DNA of 64,000 nucleotides from Octopus bimaculoides (GCF_001194135.2 NC_068984.1:53396291-53460290), one strand, 5' to 3'. Counted from the stretch's first letter, positions 23,346 through 36,542 are shown. Numbers and translations: made by a program. The notes: generated from the letters alone by a model not told the origin.

Positions 23346-24953
23346 CATACTGAGAGTCATTATTATGTGTTCCTTGTTTGAATTTCAGTGGTTGACTTAG
23401 CCTTTTGTTCTTGAGTTGATATAAAGTTGAAATTTAACAAGTAAAATATACTTGCTGGCTGATAGTTTTCACTGGTTTTGTTTTTGTTTACATTCAACTG
23501 GCATTGAATGAGCAGATTTGTGATCAGAGGCTATTTTTCAATGTCCCCTTCCTTTTTAAGATGGTAGGATGTGATATGAGGGAGATTTTACTTATATTTC
23601 TAAAATACTGCAAAACCATATAGAGATGTTTCATCATTGGCTCAGTAGTCTGGTTAAGTTTTGTAGTGGTTAAGATTTCCAGATAAACAAAAATAGGACA
23701 AGTTGAAAAAAACCCAAAAAACAGGTTGAGAGGAAGACGCACCAGACAAATCAGATGAATGTAACGTATTGTCTAGTTTCAAGGAACAACTTACTAAAAA
23801 GATCGCTTGCTTTTCACTTTTTCTTTTGTGGAAAGATAATGTGGGTGAAGATATTTAGTCAAAAGCCAAGAGTTCTTACAATCATCCAAGTGATTAGTAT
23901 GAAGTTATTTGCCAACACCACACTCCAACTTTTGTACTACAGAGCTACTGTCTTCTCGATCCCTTTCTTATCACTACTACTATAGTGATATCATCTACCT
24001 TGAAGCTGGATGATCCCATACCACCTCCATACAAATATTTCCAACTTGTCTCTTCTCTTGTCATCAATATTCTTCAAGCTCTGCACCAACGTCTTAGCCT
24101 GGTCCTTACTCCCTAGAACATTATCCTTTCCAGCTCAGGAACTCCCTCTTGCAGGAATTCTCTCATGGCCTACGTTTTTCCTGCAGCTGTCAAGAGAAAT
24201 AGGTTAATGTCTGTCTTGTTCATAAAAGAGACATTAACTGTATTGATCTCACTGATATCACTGGTCTCAGAGGGTTAGCTAAGACCGTAAGCACAGTTCC
24301 TTTCACCAGACCAAACCAATGAGAAGAAAAAGAATATCTATTCTAATTTGACATTATGCATCAATTCTGCCTTGTTAAACCCCGAAGAGTTTGAAATGAG
24401 AGTTGTGATGTTCACACTTTCCTCTTAAGAATCATTAAGATGCAAGAGGAATGAAAGAATAACAATCAGGAATTAAAACCGGGTGTCAAACTTATTGACT
24501 TGTCATGAACTCAATGACTATTAGCTGTACAACTGGGGGAACGTACTACATTTATTCATAGGAAATATACTTTTTTTTATTCATTCACATGTTGTGTATT
24601 TAAGTATGTAATATCCTTCAAATATTATTACATGACCCTAAATTCATAAAAAATGAAATTGAGTGCCAGTGAAATGAATTGGTTCAACAGTGAAGCCTTC
24701 CTTGTTTGTTTTTAAAACTGAATACAATTTCTAATTTATTATCAAAAAGAATATGAAAACTGACAAACTTCCTTTTTAACACTTAGCATTTTTTTTGAAA
24801 ACATCAATTATGTTATACCACCTCAATTTAGATGTTATTAGAAACTCATCTACTTGGATGCATTGTTTGTACAATTACTAACAATCACAAATACAATTAT
24901 TCATAGAAATTGATGGAAACATTTATTAGCATGTTATATATTCTTTTACTTGC

Positions 24954-25079
24954 CTCTTGTGGTCAATTGCGGAAGCAGAGCTGCTCCAGTTCTAAGTTTT
25001 GTTCCTAGTACACCTGTTGGTTTCTCAACAGCATCATTCATTCTTTCAATGGGATTTATTTGTTTAATGGCACCAGGTG
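24954..25079 (-). CDS. Gene B coding exon 5 (ends at a GC donor)
   Basis: Acceptor tttttaacttcacag|, donor AGAG|gcaagt; 126 nt, phase 1/1. (A)PGAIKQINPIERMNDAVEKPTGVLGTKLRTGAALLPQLTTR(G). Confidence 0.8.
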
Positions 25080-25138
25080 CTGTGAAGTTAAAAACAAAAA
25101 ACACTGATAAGATCACTATTGAGACAAAGGTACGTTAA

Positions 25139-25358
25139 CCCTTTTGTTACTGTATTTATTTTGAGATGCTCTGTGTTTCTCTCAGTTACTTCAAATATAA
25201 CAAAGAATTTAGTGAAATAACTTAGTTATCATTCAGCTAGTGTTAGGAACATAAATTGTGACTAAGGTTTGGTGGAAGATTTTAATTTAAAACTTATGAA
25301 AACAAGACATTTGTACTCAGAGCCAGAGCCGCTTTCAGCCGGGTTAGTAACGAAAGGG
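25139..25358. mobile_element. piggyBac-like MITE
   Basis: TIRs cccttttgttac / rc ccctttcgttac; TTAA on both sides (25135-25138 and 25359-25362). Confidence 0.8.
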
Positions 25359-25699
25359 TTAAAGTACATTTCAAATGTTTGTACTTTGAACTTACCAAAC
25401 CTATGGATAATATAAGAATTTTCAAATTACTTAATTATCAGACAGCATCATAATTTTTCTTTTTATTTAATTTTTCACTTTTCTTTTCACTTGTGGTTTA
25501 AACTGCCATAAATGGCTTTTAGTGGCTTAGTCAGCAGAGGAAAACTTGCAAGAACCACAACATTTTTGTAGTGTTTCTAATATTGGTAGAACAAAAGATG
25601 GAAGTTGCTGTCAGACTAATGAGCTGGTCTGAATGTTTGCAACAGAATGGACTCTGCTAATGGCACACATGTTAAATAATAATTGTTCATCTATATAGT

Positions 25700-26087
25700 T
25701 GGCACTCCGTTGGTTACGATGATGAGGGTTTTCCAGTTGATCCAATCAACGGAACAGCCTGCTCGTGAAATTAACGTGCAGGTGGCTGAGCACTCCACAG
25801 ACACGTGTACCCTTAACGTAGTTCTCGGGGGGGGGGGGAATTCAGCGTGACACAGTGTGACAAGGCTGACCCTTTGAATTACAGGCACAACAGAAACAGG
25901 AAGTAAGAGTGAGAGAAAGTTGTGGTGAAAGAGTACAGCAGGGTTCGCCACCACCCTCTGCCGGAGCCTCGTGGAGCTTTAGGTGTTTTCGCTCAATAAA
26001 CACTCACAACGCCCGATCTGGGAATCGAAACCGCGATCCTACGACTGCGAGTCCGCTGCCCTAACCACTGGGCCATTGTGCCTCCAC
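25700..26087 (-). mobile_element. Full-length young tRNA-derived SINE (family D) with a 12-bp TSD
   Basis: Head GGAGGCACAATGGCCCAGTGGTTAGGGCAGCGGACTCGCAGTCGTAGGATCGCGGTTTCGATTCCC with A and B boxes; perfect TSD CATCTATATAGT at 25688-25699 and 26088-26099; CpGs retained. Confidence 0.85.
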
Positions 26088-27279
26088 CATCTATATAGTA
26101 TAACCAACATAAATTACAATCGAAAGCTGGGTTTCCAGGATACAAGGGCCTCGTTGGTTCTTGTTTTAAGTCAGAATTAAGCTGAGTTAACAGAGTTTAG
26201 AAAAAAGATCAGCAGGCCTTTTACTCAGGATTCTAACTTAAGAACTGGTTAATTAACATATTTTACGTTATGATGAAATACTGTTCATCCAAATGGTCGA
26301 GATGGTTCTGTATAGCTAAAAGATTACCAACACACAAAGGGTTTGTTTCTAATAATCTGAAAAACTGAGATTATTATGTAATAACTCCAAACTGATTAGT
26401 TTAGTTGAAATTACTATTTAACCCTTTGAGTATTTTTTTATTCTTTTACTGGTTTCAATCTCTAGACTATTGACATGCTGGTGGACCAATTTTAATGGTT
26501 TTAGTTGATCATATTGAATTTAGTATTTATTTTAATCAGCTACATATTTTACCAATCTCTGAATATTAAACGACTACTAAGGTGTGGTGTAAAGGGAGGC
26601 AACTCAATACAACGGTTTACACGCACGCACAACAGGTGCAGGCGTGATTGTTTATGAAGAAGTTGGCATCCCAACCACATGGTTTTGAGTTCAGTCCCAA
26701 AGCCTTTTGAGTAGTTTTGATGTGTGAGGTCATGTTATGTAAAAGTACTTTATTTGGGAAAACAAGGAAGGGTTGATGAAAGGAAAGATCAGGATCTGGA
26801 CATAGAATACTGCCTAATTATGTCTCATCCAATCAATGTCAGCAGACGTGTGTGTGCGTGTATGTGTGCGATAAATGTTCTTTTGAGCAGCATGGTTCTG
26901 ATCAAATGATATTTGCTAGAAGAAGAAATGAAACATATTATGATTGAGAGCATTGTAAGTTAAATTTTAAAGTGGCAATCTTACTTTTGATAAAAATGAC
27001 AAAAAAGCTAAAAGATTTCTAAATGAAAGATAGAATGGACTAAACAGAACAGGAAGAAACACATGGGATGGAGAGTTGCTGAAGAGGTCATAGGATGTGT
27101 GATGAAAAATTTCAGACAAAGGACACTAAAATAAGAACAATAATAAAGCTGAAGTGAAGAATGCATGTATAGTGCATGTGTTTATTTGACAAAAAAAAAA
27201 ANNNNNNNNNNGCTGAAGTGAAGAATGCATGTATAGTGCATGTGTTTATTTGACAAAAAAAAAAAAAAATGACCAGAAG

Positions 27280-27650
27280 TGGGTATGTGGTAAGTAGCTT
27301 GAATACTAACCACATGCTTCTGGGTTCAGTCCCATTGCGTGACACCTTGGGCAAGTGTCTTCTGCTATAAACTCAGGCCGAACAAAACCCTGTGAGTAGA
27401 TTTTGTAGACAGAAACTGAAAGAAGCCTGTCATATATATATATATATATATATATGTATGTGCCTGCCATCATCGCTTAACAACTGATACTGGTGCGTTT
27501 GCGTCCCCGTAACTTAGCGGTTTGGCAAAAGAGACTGATAGAATAAGTACTAAGCTTACAAAGAATAAGTTCTGGGATTAATTTGTTCGACTAGAGGCAG
27601 TGCTCCAGCATGGCTGCAGTCAAATAACTGAAACAAATAAAAGAATAAAA
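27280..27650 (+). mobile_element. SINE family A, full-length
   Basis: Head ...ggttcagtcccattgcgtgacaccttgggcaagtgtcttc, then (TA)n and the tail gtccccgtaacttagcggtttggcaaaagagactgatagaataagtac...gactgaaacaaataaaaga. Confidence 0.75.
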
Positions 27651-27742
27651 GGGTATCCAAAAATATAACAATTTCTAAATGAGTTCTAACTTAATTAAAA
27701 TAAGTTCAAAAGAAACATCACAGTTGCTGTTTCATTTCTTAC

Positions 27743-27856
27743 CTGTAGCTAAAAGGTCACCACTATAAGATTGTGGAACGTCTCCTAGAGACTCATAATA
27801 GGATTCTATTAATGGAATTGGTAAAATATGTTTCCTTAATCCTTTTGCATGATGTT
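27743..27856 (-). CDS. Gene B coding exon 4
   Basis: Acceptor ttcttttatttcag|, donor CAG|gtaaga; 114 nt, phase 1/1. (E)HHAKGLRKHILPIPLIESYYESLGDVPQSYSGDLLAT. Confidence 0.85.
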
Positions 27857-27918
27857 CTGAAATAAAAGAATTCATAAAACATAACTGAAAGAAATTTCAC
27901 TTAAATATATTAATTTAA

Positions 27919-28116
27919 CCCTTTTGTTACCAATCTACTTGAATTGCACTTTGTTCTATGATATAAACTTCCTGTTTCAAAGTGATGTAATTTAAATATT
28001 CCATCAAAAATCAGCAGCTTAATAATGACAAAGTTATTTTACTAAATTCTTCATTAATTTTTAAAGTAATTGAAACAAAGGCAGCACATTTCAACAGAAA
28101 TATGGTAACAAAAGGG
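27919..28116. mobile_element. piggyBac-like MITE (second family; a degenerate copy at about 36245-36470)
   Basis: TTAA|cccttttgttacc ... ggtaacaaaaggg; the right TTAA has mutated to ttgg. Confidence 0.7.
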
Positions 28117-28469
28117 TTGGTCTGAATACCTAGTAATCTCTTTGGCTTCAATGAATAAATGGACCCCCCCGCCACACACTTGGTGTTTGTAGTCTTGTGA
28201 ACTGCATGGCGACCTTAGAAGTGCTGGTGGTACAAAAAAAGCACTCAATTTACTATGTAAAGTGGTTGTTGTTAAGAAGGGCATTCAGCCACAGAAACCA
28301 TGCTAAAGTAGATAAATGGAGCATGAGGCAGTCCTTGGACCCATTGGATCCTGCCAAATCATCCAACCCATATCAGCGTTGAACATAGATGGTAAGTGAT
28401 GATGATGATGATGATGATGATAAATAGGTTTATGTGTGGAGTCAGTTATAGAGTAAAAGGATAAAGATG

Positions 28470-28800
28470 CCTTTTGGTCATGAATGACCATGGGCTTGCA
28501 CCTAGAAAGTTCCCCTCCGAGGCACAAGTCTGGGCAAGGTTGTTTGTAGAAGGCCAGCAGTTGCCCATGCATACCAGTTTCTCCTCTCCACCCTTACTGA
28601 TATTGTCTAAGGGAAAGGCAAAGGCTGATACAGCTTGGCACCTGCGATGTCACAACTCATTTCTACAGATGAGTGAACTGGAGTAACATGAAATAAAGTA
28701 TCTTGCTCAAGAACACAACACACAACTCAGACTAGGAATCGAACTCACTACCTCGTTATTGTGAGCCTGATGCTGTAACCACTGAGCCATGTATCTTCGG
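28470..28800 (-). mobile_element. SINE family E (tRNA-like head with a LINE-derived tail)
   Basis: Head rc of ggaatcgaactcactacctcgttattgtgagcctgatgctgtaaccactgagccat; body gtgttcttgagcaagatactttatttc; tail rc of ggtcatgaatgaccatggg.ttgcacctagaaagttcccctccgaggcacaagt. Confidence 0.6.
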
Positions 28801-29015
28801 TATCTGGAGTATAAATTAGGTAAGTATGTATTATTAGTATTAGGATTGTTGACTGAATCTTGGTAGAGCAAATCTTTTTTCACTACAGATTATTGTGTAC
28901 ATCATCTGTCTCTGAGAAGTGGGTGTATTTAGTCGCTGAAAGATAATCCTGTCTCCTCCCTCTATGGATGTAGGACTAGATATAAGATAATATACCCAGA
29001 TGATTTAATAACCAC

Positions 29016-29155
29016 AGGGCATCCAGCTGTAGAAACTCTGCCAAATCAGACTGGAGCCTGGTGTTGCCATCCGGTTTCACCAGTCCTCAGTCAAATCGTC
29101 CAACCCATGCTAGCATGGAAAGCGGACGTTAAACGATGATGATGATGATGATGAT
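29016..29155 (+). mobile_element. Short, 5'-truncated young RTE 3' UTR copy
   Basis: Near-identical to 49750-49880; ends aaacgatgatgatgatgatgat. Confidence 0.7.
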
Positions 29156-29481
29156 CCAAAACTTAGTTGAAGTGAAGCATGTATAAGAGTACTGCTCAAA
29201 TATACAAAATGTAGTGCATTTAATGATCTTTCAGTTAGGGGTTGACTCTTTTATTTCCCTTGTTAAACAATAAGAGGTACTTTATAGAATCGCTTGACCT
29301 GCTAGAAATAGCAGTTAAATTTTGCAGACTTTACCATCTTAAAAAAGGGACACATTGAATAATGCAGTTCTAGATATACTAAGTTTGAAAAAACACAGGA
29401 TGGTCATTATTGGAATACAATTGATGATAGGTCTGCTTGATGAGAGTTGACTCAACAACCATAGCTTCTACTCTGAGAGAG

Positions 29482-29619
29482 CACTAGTGTAGCTAGGGGT
29501 GTGGGGTTATAGGGGAAGCACTTTTGGATCTGCTGTAGGCAATATGTGCATTTTGTGGGGTCCGGGGGCGGCAAACAGAAGGGCCACTCCAGGCAGCAGA
29601 CACTCTGGCTACGCTAGTG
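29482..29619. mobile_element. hAT-type MITE (138 bp)
   Basis: TIRs cactagtgtagctag / rc cactagcgtagccag; 8-bp TSD tgagagag / tgagaggg. Confidence 0.7.
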
Positions 29620-30638
29620 TGAGAGGGATATAAACATTATTGATTATATGATCTGAGCTAAGTACTAGAAGATAACTAAACCTTTGTCAGTTATATGTTG
29701 TCAATGTTGTCTATAGCTGTGAACTATACTTCTTGAAAGTAGTACTTATTTGCAACTAACTAGGCTGAAATATTGATAATGCAGTTAAGAGGTGATGTAC
29801 TGAATGCTGTATATAAACAGTTCTTAATCGATATTCTCATAAATTTGTCAGAGAAATAAATCAAAAATCAAGCAGCAATTGTTTGCAACTTTCAAGGGGA
29901 AGGGGAGATAATTTGAAGAAATTAAGAACTTATCTCTCCTGTTTAGAGGAAAGTCTGGTCTTTGGTAGTAGGCAAGAGAACACTGTGGATATGTTTCAGT
30001 GTATGAGATCTTATCAGGAAAGGTGTGAAATTGTAAGGATCTTTTGGACAATAACTGATAAGGAATTAGTAACGTCCTGTCTTGTGTGTGAATTTTCCGT
30101 TTGTTCCTTTGTTTTGTTTCTGTTCAAATTTTTGTCTAAGCCTGCTAATGAGTTAGAAAAAGTTTTGGCCAGTACAATCTGCATATATAAAATGAACTGA
30201 ACTTAGAGGAACGAACTCAAATGAGCAGATCTATGATCAAAGACATTCCATCTGTGATCATCCAATCTTTTTTTTTTCGAATATAGTGCATCTAGGATTA
30301 CATTAACCAATGTATCCTTTTCTTTTTGAAGAAAATTGGATATGATTTGAGAGAGAGACTTGCTATTTCTAGCAAGTTCAGTGACTCTCCTGTTTGTTTG
30401 TTGACATCAGAGTTGATAGGAATAGTGAACTGAAAGGTGCTGTCAGTTACTGAAGAGTGAACAACAATGTTTTGTAAGAAGTAATCTTTAAAATTGCCAT
30501 AGGCAGAATTGTTAGTGTCAGACAAAACAGTGCAGTGTTTGTTCTGGCTCTCTATTTTCTGAGATCAATTCCTGCTGACGTCAACTTCATCCTTCTGGAC
30601 GTCGATAAAATAAAGTATCAGTTTGCTTTGGACTGGCA

Positions 30639-30799
30639 CAGCAGTATAGCTAGAGGGGGTAATGGGCCAGTGCACCCCAGGTGATACTTGTATGGAATAG
30701 AACTTTTGGGTATGCTGTATAAGCCTGTATAGATTACAATTTGGAGCATGGAAAACTCAAGGGCTACCTCAGGTGGCACACGTTCTAGCTACATCATTG
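30639..30799. mobile_element. hAT-type MITE
   Basis: TIRs cagcagtatagctaga / rc caatgatgtagctaga; flanks gactggca / ggctgaca (6 of 8 match). Confidence 0.5.
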
Positions 30800-31489
30800 G
30801 GCTGACAGAATTGTAAGAGTGTACTATTTATTCCTGGCCTTTATGTTCCAAGCACCCAGGCTAGTGTGGTGGACTTGTTTGTATCTAGCTGATAGGAACA
30901 TGTCGTATAAAAACTAACTGAGGAAGGCAACAGGAAATTATGTGCCTAGAGTAGAAAAGAAGAGGAGAGGTTGGTAAAAAGGCCAACATCGTAATTTCAA
31001 TTTGGTTTTCAGACAACCCCCCCACAAAAAAAAAAAAAACAGAACAAAACAAAAAGAATGCCAACAATAATGATGCATGTTTGTTTGTATGTATGTGTGT
31101 ATATCTGTGTATAAATGTTCCTTTTGAAAAAATGTAAGGGGTGGTTCTGACCAAATGTAATGAGGTTTCTCTAAAGGAACTCTGGAGTAACATTACTCAA
31201 CAGAGTGAAGGGCTTTGAGATTAGGGAGGTTCTCCAGATTGAGCTGCTACCTCTTCACTCAGAGGTTACAGTTCCAGTACTACAGATGAGAAAAAATGCG
31301 TCTATGGTTGTTGATAGTGTATAGATGAAGTAAAACTATAATCTAAGACCTGGTTGTCATCATTCTGTATCTTATTTAAATACAGTGTAGCTAGGACAAC
31401 ATTATCCAACATTAATTTTTAGAACAGTAGGGTGTGATGTAAGTGAGGCTTGGCATACTAAAACTTGTCTTTGTTGTGGAGCACATCTT

Positions 31490-32690
31490 TACAAAACATC
31501 AACACAACTATCAATATAAATTAAGAAAGTGTTCCATCAAGTACACAGTGTGTGACAGTGTAGATGGCCAGAGGGTGGAAAAGAAAAATAAAGGATTTTA
31601 AATGAGTTATTTCCCCTTGGCCGTTAAAAAATAGTAAAGGGTATATCTTAAGAAAACATCAACACAGCTATCAATATAAATTAAGGTGTTCCTACATGTA
31701 AACAGCATGGGAACTTTATGAGGACAGTGCAGATTGCAATACTATTGATAGATAAATGGCAATTTCTGTCTTTTTGTGTGGTTGGTTGTTACATAGAGTA
31801 CATTATTACGAAACATTAACACATCTATCAATATAAATTAGGAAGGTGTTCCTACTTGTAAACAGGGTGTGACCTTTGTGATGATAGTGCATTTGTCTAA
31901 AAGCAGAACAGTTCTTCATGCAGCACCTGTCAATTGGCTGAAGTGACATGAAAGGCATCATCACTCATGGCATATTCGTGAATAAGTCACTAACTGAAAT
32001 AAGGGTGGTTCTGGGTAAAGTGCGAAAATAACCCTAACAGTTCAAATACTAAGAAATAAACATACTTGACTTGATTTATACCAAATAAAATGTAATATTT
32101 TGAAACATTTTTGCACGGTTGCCTTGGAAATAGTACGTTAATGGTAAAATTTGCAAATAAGTTGTGGCATTGATATCTCCATAACCCATGGTCAGATTTT
32201 ACTCAAATTTCTTTTAAATGAAAAATCTAAGGTAGGTTTATGAAATGTCATTAAATCTATATATTGACTTAGGACAGGGGTTAGATTGATAGTAAAATCA
32301 CTGACCTTGTCTGACAACTTCTTGTAAGAAAGTCCATTAATGTAGAATGCACATGTATTTATACAATGTAACGACTGGCAACCAGTCACTCTAATGATAT
32401 TGCTTTCTAATAAATGGAGGATGAAATGACCAGTGGGCAAAAAAGAAAAATGAAGAAAAATGAATGGGTATTTCCCCTTGGCCGTTAAAAGATGGGTTAT
32501 ATCTGGACCCCTTCTAGGGGCCCTAGCCGTCCAATTATAGATTTTTATTAAACTGCAATGAGCCTAGTAACAAACTGGATGTTGGTTTAACATGCATGCA
32601 AAGTTTCATGAAGATTTGTTAACGGGTGTAGACAGCAACTTGACACAAACAAAAACTAAACAGATTGTCGTTTATATATGTATATACTAT
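31490..32690 (-). mobile_element. Probable non-autonomous Helitron/DINE-like element with internal repeats
   Basis: Three copies of aacatcaacaca.ctatcaatataaatta.gaaggtgttcc; duplicated tatttccccttggccgttaaaa; the right end reads on the minus strand tatataaacgacaatctgtttagtttttgtttgtgtc, like DINE/HINE 5' ends. Confidence 0.4.
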
Positions 32691-33030
32691 AATATTATTA
32701 CAATATTACTTATAACAATATGAAGAATTTTCTTCTAAAATTACTTTGAAATATGATCTAGTAAGCAGCTTCTGTCATTGAATAAAAGTTGAAGAGAATG
32801 ATGACCTAATCCTATGAGTAGATGAGCCTTGGTATTTTGAACTTGTATAAGGAATGAAAAAGAAACATTAGAGACACTGGTTTTATTTAAATGTGCTGTG
32901 ATGATCAACGCATAAGCAAGAAAAATATCTTTATGAATGTGTAATATATATATATATATATAAAGAAAGTTTAAAGAAGATAAATTAAAAACAAAGTAGA
33001 ACTTAAACAAATGAAATATTGTGAACTTAC

Positions 33031-33220
33031 CAAGTAAAATGGTATCTATTTTCTTTAATGGTTGCTGTCTGCCTCTCATCCAATCAGGCTCATAAATGAA
33101 TGGTGGCTTTGATTGTTTTGTCAAATTGTTGCGATATCCTGTGTATCGATCTGTAACACCTGTGTTATCGCTAAAAAGTTGGATCCGGTCATTAGAAGTA
33201 GTAACGTGGGGTTCTAACTT
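33031..33220 (-). CDS. Gene B coding exon 3
   Basis: Acceptor ttttaattgcag|, donor TTG|gtaagt; 190 nt, phase 0 in and 1 out. KLEPHVTTSNDRIQLFSDNTGVTDRYTGYRNNLTKQSKPPFIYEPDWMRGRQQPLKKIDTILL. Confidence 0.85.
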
Positions 33221-35846
33221 CTGCAATTAAAACATTATCCAAAGGCCTAATAATTGAAATACCCTTATAGATTATGGAAATAAATATTCTAAAATATTGT
33301 TATTTCATATGAACATGATTTTTGACCTTGGGTAGCAAGTGTTATTTCCTATTTGTTTACCCCTAAAAAGTATGAAAAATGGCTAATATTTCCTTCAAAC
33401 TTTGCTCTTATTATGATATTTATTCAAACTCCAAAGAATCCCTCTCAATACATGGCTATGATGCTCCACCACTATTCCTGCTCATGATCAGAGATGCACA
33501 TATTGTTAGCCACTAAGTGACATATTCAAGTGGTTAAGGTCAAGCAACTGACAAGCAAAATTGTGGTACTGAGCAGAATATTTGCTATAACGATATTTTT
33601 GCTTCAGTAACTTAGCAATGAATCTGTCTGAAATGTAATGGAAAATAGTTGAGTTTCAAAACATCGATGTCCAGGTTGCAAAAGCAAAGTTTGAAGGGAA
33701 TTGTAGTCATTTCCTTTGATTTCTAGATAAAAGCAAATAGGAAATAACATTTATTGATCAATGACAAAAAACAAAAAAAAATTTTGTTCCACAGTGTTAT
33801 TGGAGCAACTGCTTTTTGCTAATCATTGAAGCATGCAAGAATTATTTATCAATTACTGTATATGTTGGTGTTTAAAAGGATTAGAGTTATAAGGTATGTC
33901 TGTTGTTATCAAGGTAAAAGTCAGCCTATAGTCAACCATCAGCCACGCTAACAACTTTCTATTTTATATCAAGACTGGAAATAATCCCAACTATTTTGGA
34001 TAGTATTCTTTAAGATTAACATGTCATCTTATATGCTAGTATGTCTTGCAAACAACTTGCACATGCAAGTGCTACCAGTCGAGAACTCCGCATACCGGAA
34101 GCCAGCAAGTGTATGGGGTCATCAGGAGAGAATGTGCGCTGTTTCGGGGTCTACCTCTCAACGGCATCAATGCACACCTCACTGATATGAGGCCCCGCTT
34201 GCTAGATCAACTGGTTATTAAAAACAAAGCTCAATATTTCTCTAGCCATCGCTCATCGTCTCTTTTTAACCAAATCCAGTGGCTAGCCTTCTCCACTGTA
34301 GTTTGGATATCGGTCATGGTGGTATTTACCTTACAATGAAATACCTATTTTTATATGAGCCAATGAGCGAGCCTCTGTATAGTCATGTCAACTACAAGAA
34401 ATAGCAACCGAATCTACTGCAACTTTCATACTAATTTCTTAAATAATGGATAGATATATTAAATAATGTAGTCCTACATAACTTAAACAGACAAGATAGT
34501 CATGGCCGGAATATTTTTAATCATAAGCCTGCTCAATCTTGGGACTGAACAACAACAAGAGTAAATAAAACAATCTATTTATATATAAGCAGACTAAGGC
34601 AAGCAAAACTGTACATGCAATTTAAGAGCACAATATGATATCTGCAGCAAAATCTCAAGAGATAAAATAGAAAGAAAAAAAGATGGTGAGTTAAAACAAG
34701 TGAAAATGAAGTGGACAGTAAAAAGAAAATAAGAAAAGGAAATGATGCAAATTTTGAATTCTAAGAGAGTTGAGGAAAAAAAAATATATTGATAGTTTTC
34801 AAATTTTGGTCCAAAACCAGCAACTTTAGGGGAGGAATAAGTTGATTAAATTGACCCCATTGTTCAACTGGTACTTATTTTATCAACTCTGAAAGGATGA
34901 AAGGCCAAGTTGACCTCAACAGAATTTCAACTCGGAACATAAAGATGAACAAAACGCTGGTGGCACGTAAAAAGCACCCACTACTCTCTTGGAGTGGTTG
35001 GCATTAGGAAGGGCATCCAGCTGTAGAAACTTTACTAGATTAGATTGGAGCCTGGTACAGCCTTCTGGCTTGCCAGCCCCAGTCAAATCGTCCCACCCAT
35101 GCCAGCATGGAAAGCGGACGTTAAATGACGATGATGATGAATGTACAGACAGATGAAATGCTACTAAGAATTTTGCCCAGTATGCTAACAATTCTGCCAA
35201 CTCTCCGCCTTAGAAAGAATGAATGTAACTAGATGTTATTATAGGAAGATGGTTTCTCTGTGTATATATAGCATTTTTGAAGAAATTATTCTTAACCTAA
35301 GCCTGTCATTATCATAGAATCTTTTACAAATATAGTAAGAAATAACTGTAAAATCTCTCTGAAATTACATATGACTGTTATAAAAAAAAGAAGAACATAG
35401 TAAATGTGCTCTTTTCTATAGCTAGAAATAAGAATAGTCAAAGATGGAACACCTTTGTTGATAGGTCTTCTTGCTGATGGCAAAATGGTATATAGTTCTC
35501 AGGTTCAAGGTACCAAGCAAGTCTTTCCACTACTACAATTAATCAGGTCCTTGGAAATACTTACCATATAATTGGTTTCAAATTTTGGCAAAAGACCAGC
35601 AGTTTCAAGTAAGGGGATAAGTTAATTACATCAACCCTAGTTCTCGATTGGTACTTATTTTATCCACCCTGAAAAGATGAAAGGCAAAGTTGATCTTGGC
35701 TTTGAACTCAGAATGGTCAAACGGACAAAATGCTGCTAAGCATTTTGCCCAGCATGCCAATGATTCTGCCAGGTCGACAACTTACTTACTATATAATTAA
35801 ATACAGCAGGTAAATAACATAAGTTAACAAAGAGATATTCTCTCAC

Positions 35847-35992
35847 CTTCCTAATATTGTCCAAAGATACAAGTGCCCATTCTTCTATGCTACCTTTTTG
35901 GTTTGGCTGCAACTCCTTGTATTTGAGTATATCAAACTTATTCATATAGTCATCCAGAAAGATTCTTGTTGCATTTAAAAGTTGCATAAGAA
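35847..35992 (-). CDS. Gene B coding exon 2
   Basis: Acceptor (t)n-gctttttattttag|, donor AAG|gtgaga; 146 nt, phase 1 in and 0 out. (V)LMQLLNATRIFLDDYMNKFDILKYKELQPNQKGSIEEWALVSLDNIRK. Confidence 0.85.
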
Positions 35993-36542
35993 CTAAAATA
36001 AAAAGCAAAAAAAAAAAAAAAATCAGTAGACATAAATACCCATTTCACTAACATCTGGACATGTCCAAAGCATAAAATAACCCAAAACAAAACAAAACAA
36101 AATCTTAACTTTGGCAATAATCTATCCTAGATTGGTTTTATGAAAGATACAGCATGTGTCAAAAATCAAACAGATGAATGCAGACTTGCATTGGGAGAAC
36201 TCTGACAAAATAAGAGCAACAGATCACGCAAATAGAATGATTTAATCCTTTTGTTAACAATCTACCAGAGACTGCCTTTATGATTCAATGGTGCAAACTA
36301 TCTGCTTTAAAGGGATCAACATTAAAGACTTCCATTGAAACTTCATGTTAATTTATGTTCGAAACACCAACTTAACAATGACAAAGTTATTTTACCAAAT
36401 TGTTCCTTATTTTCAAAATTGACTGAAACATTAGTCGTGTATTTCAACAGAAATATAGCAACAAAATGATTAGAGAAAAAAAAAAAAAAACCTAACCATT
36501 TAAAAAACAAAACAAAACAAAAAAAAACCAATGATTGTTATT

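Noticed and set aside
26012-26087. tRNA gene
   Set aside because: The tRNA-like head lacks a closing acceptor stem and continues into a SINE body bounded by a TSD.
27148-27266. Direct duplication on both sides of a 10-N gap
   Set aside because: Identical contig-end overlap, typical of an assembly artefact.
32118-32131. X-box-like GTTGCCTTGGAAAT as a promoter element
   Set aside because: It lies deep in a gene B intron within repeat-like sequence, with no promoter context.
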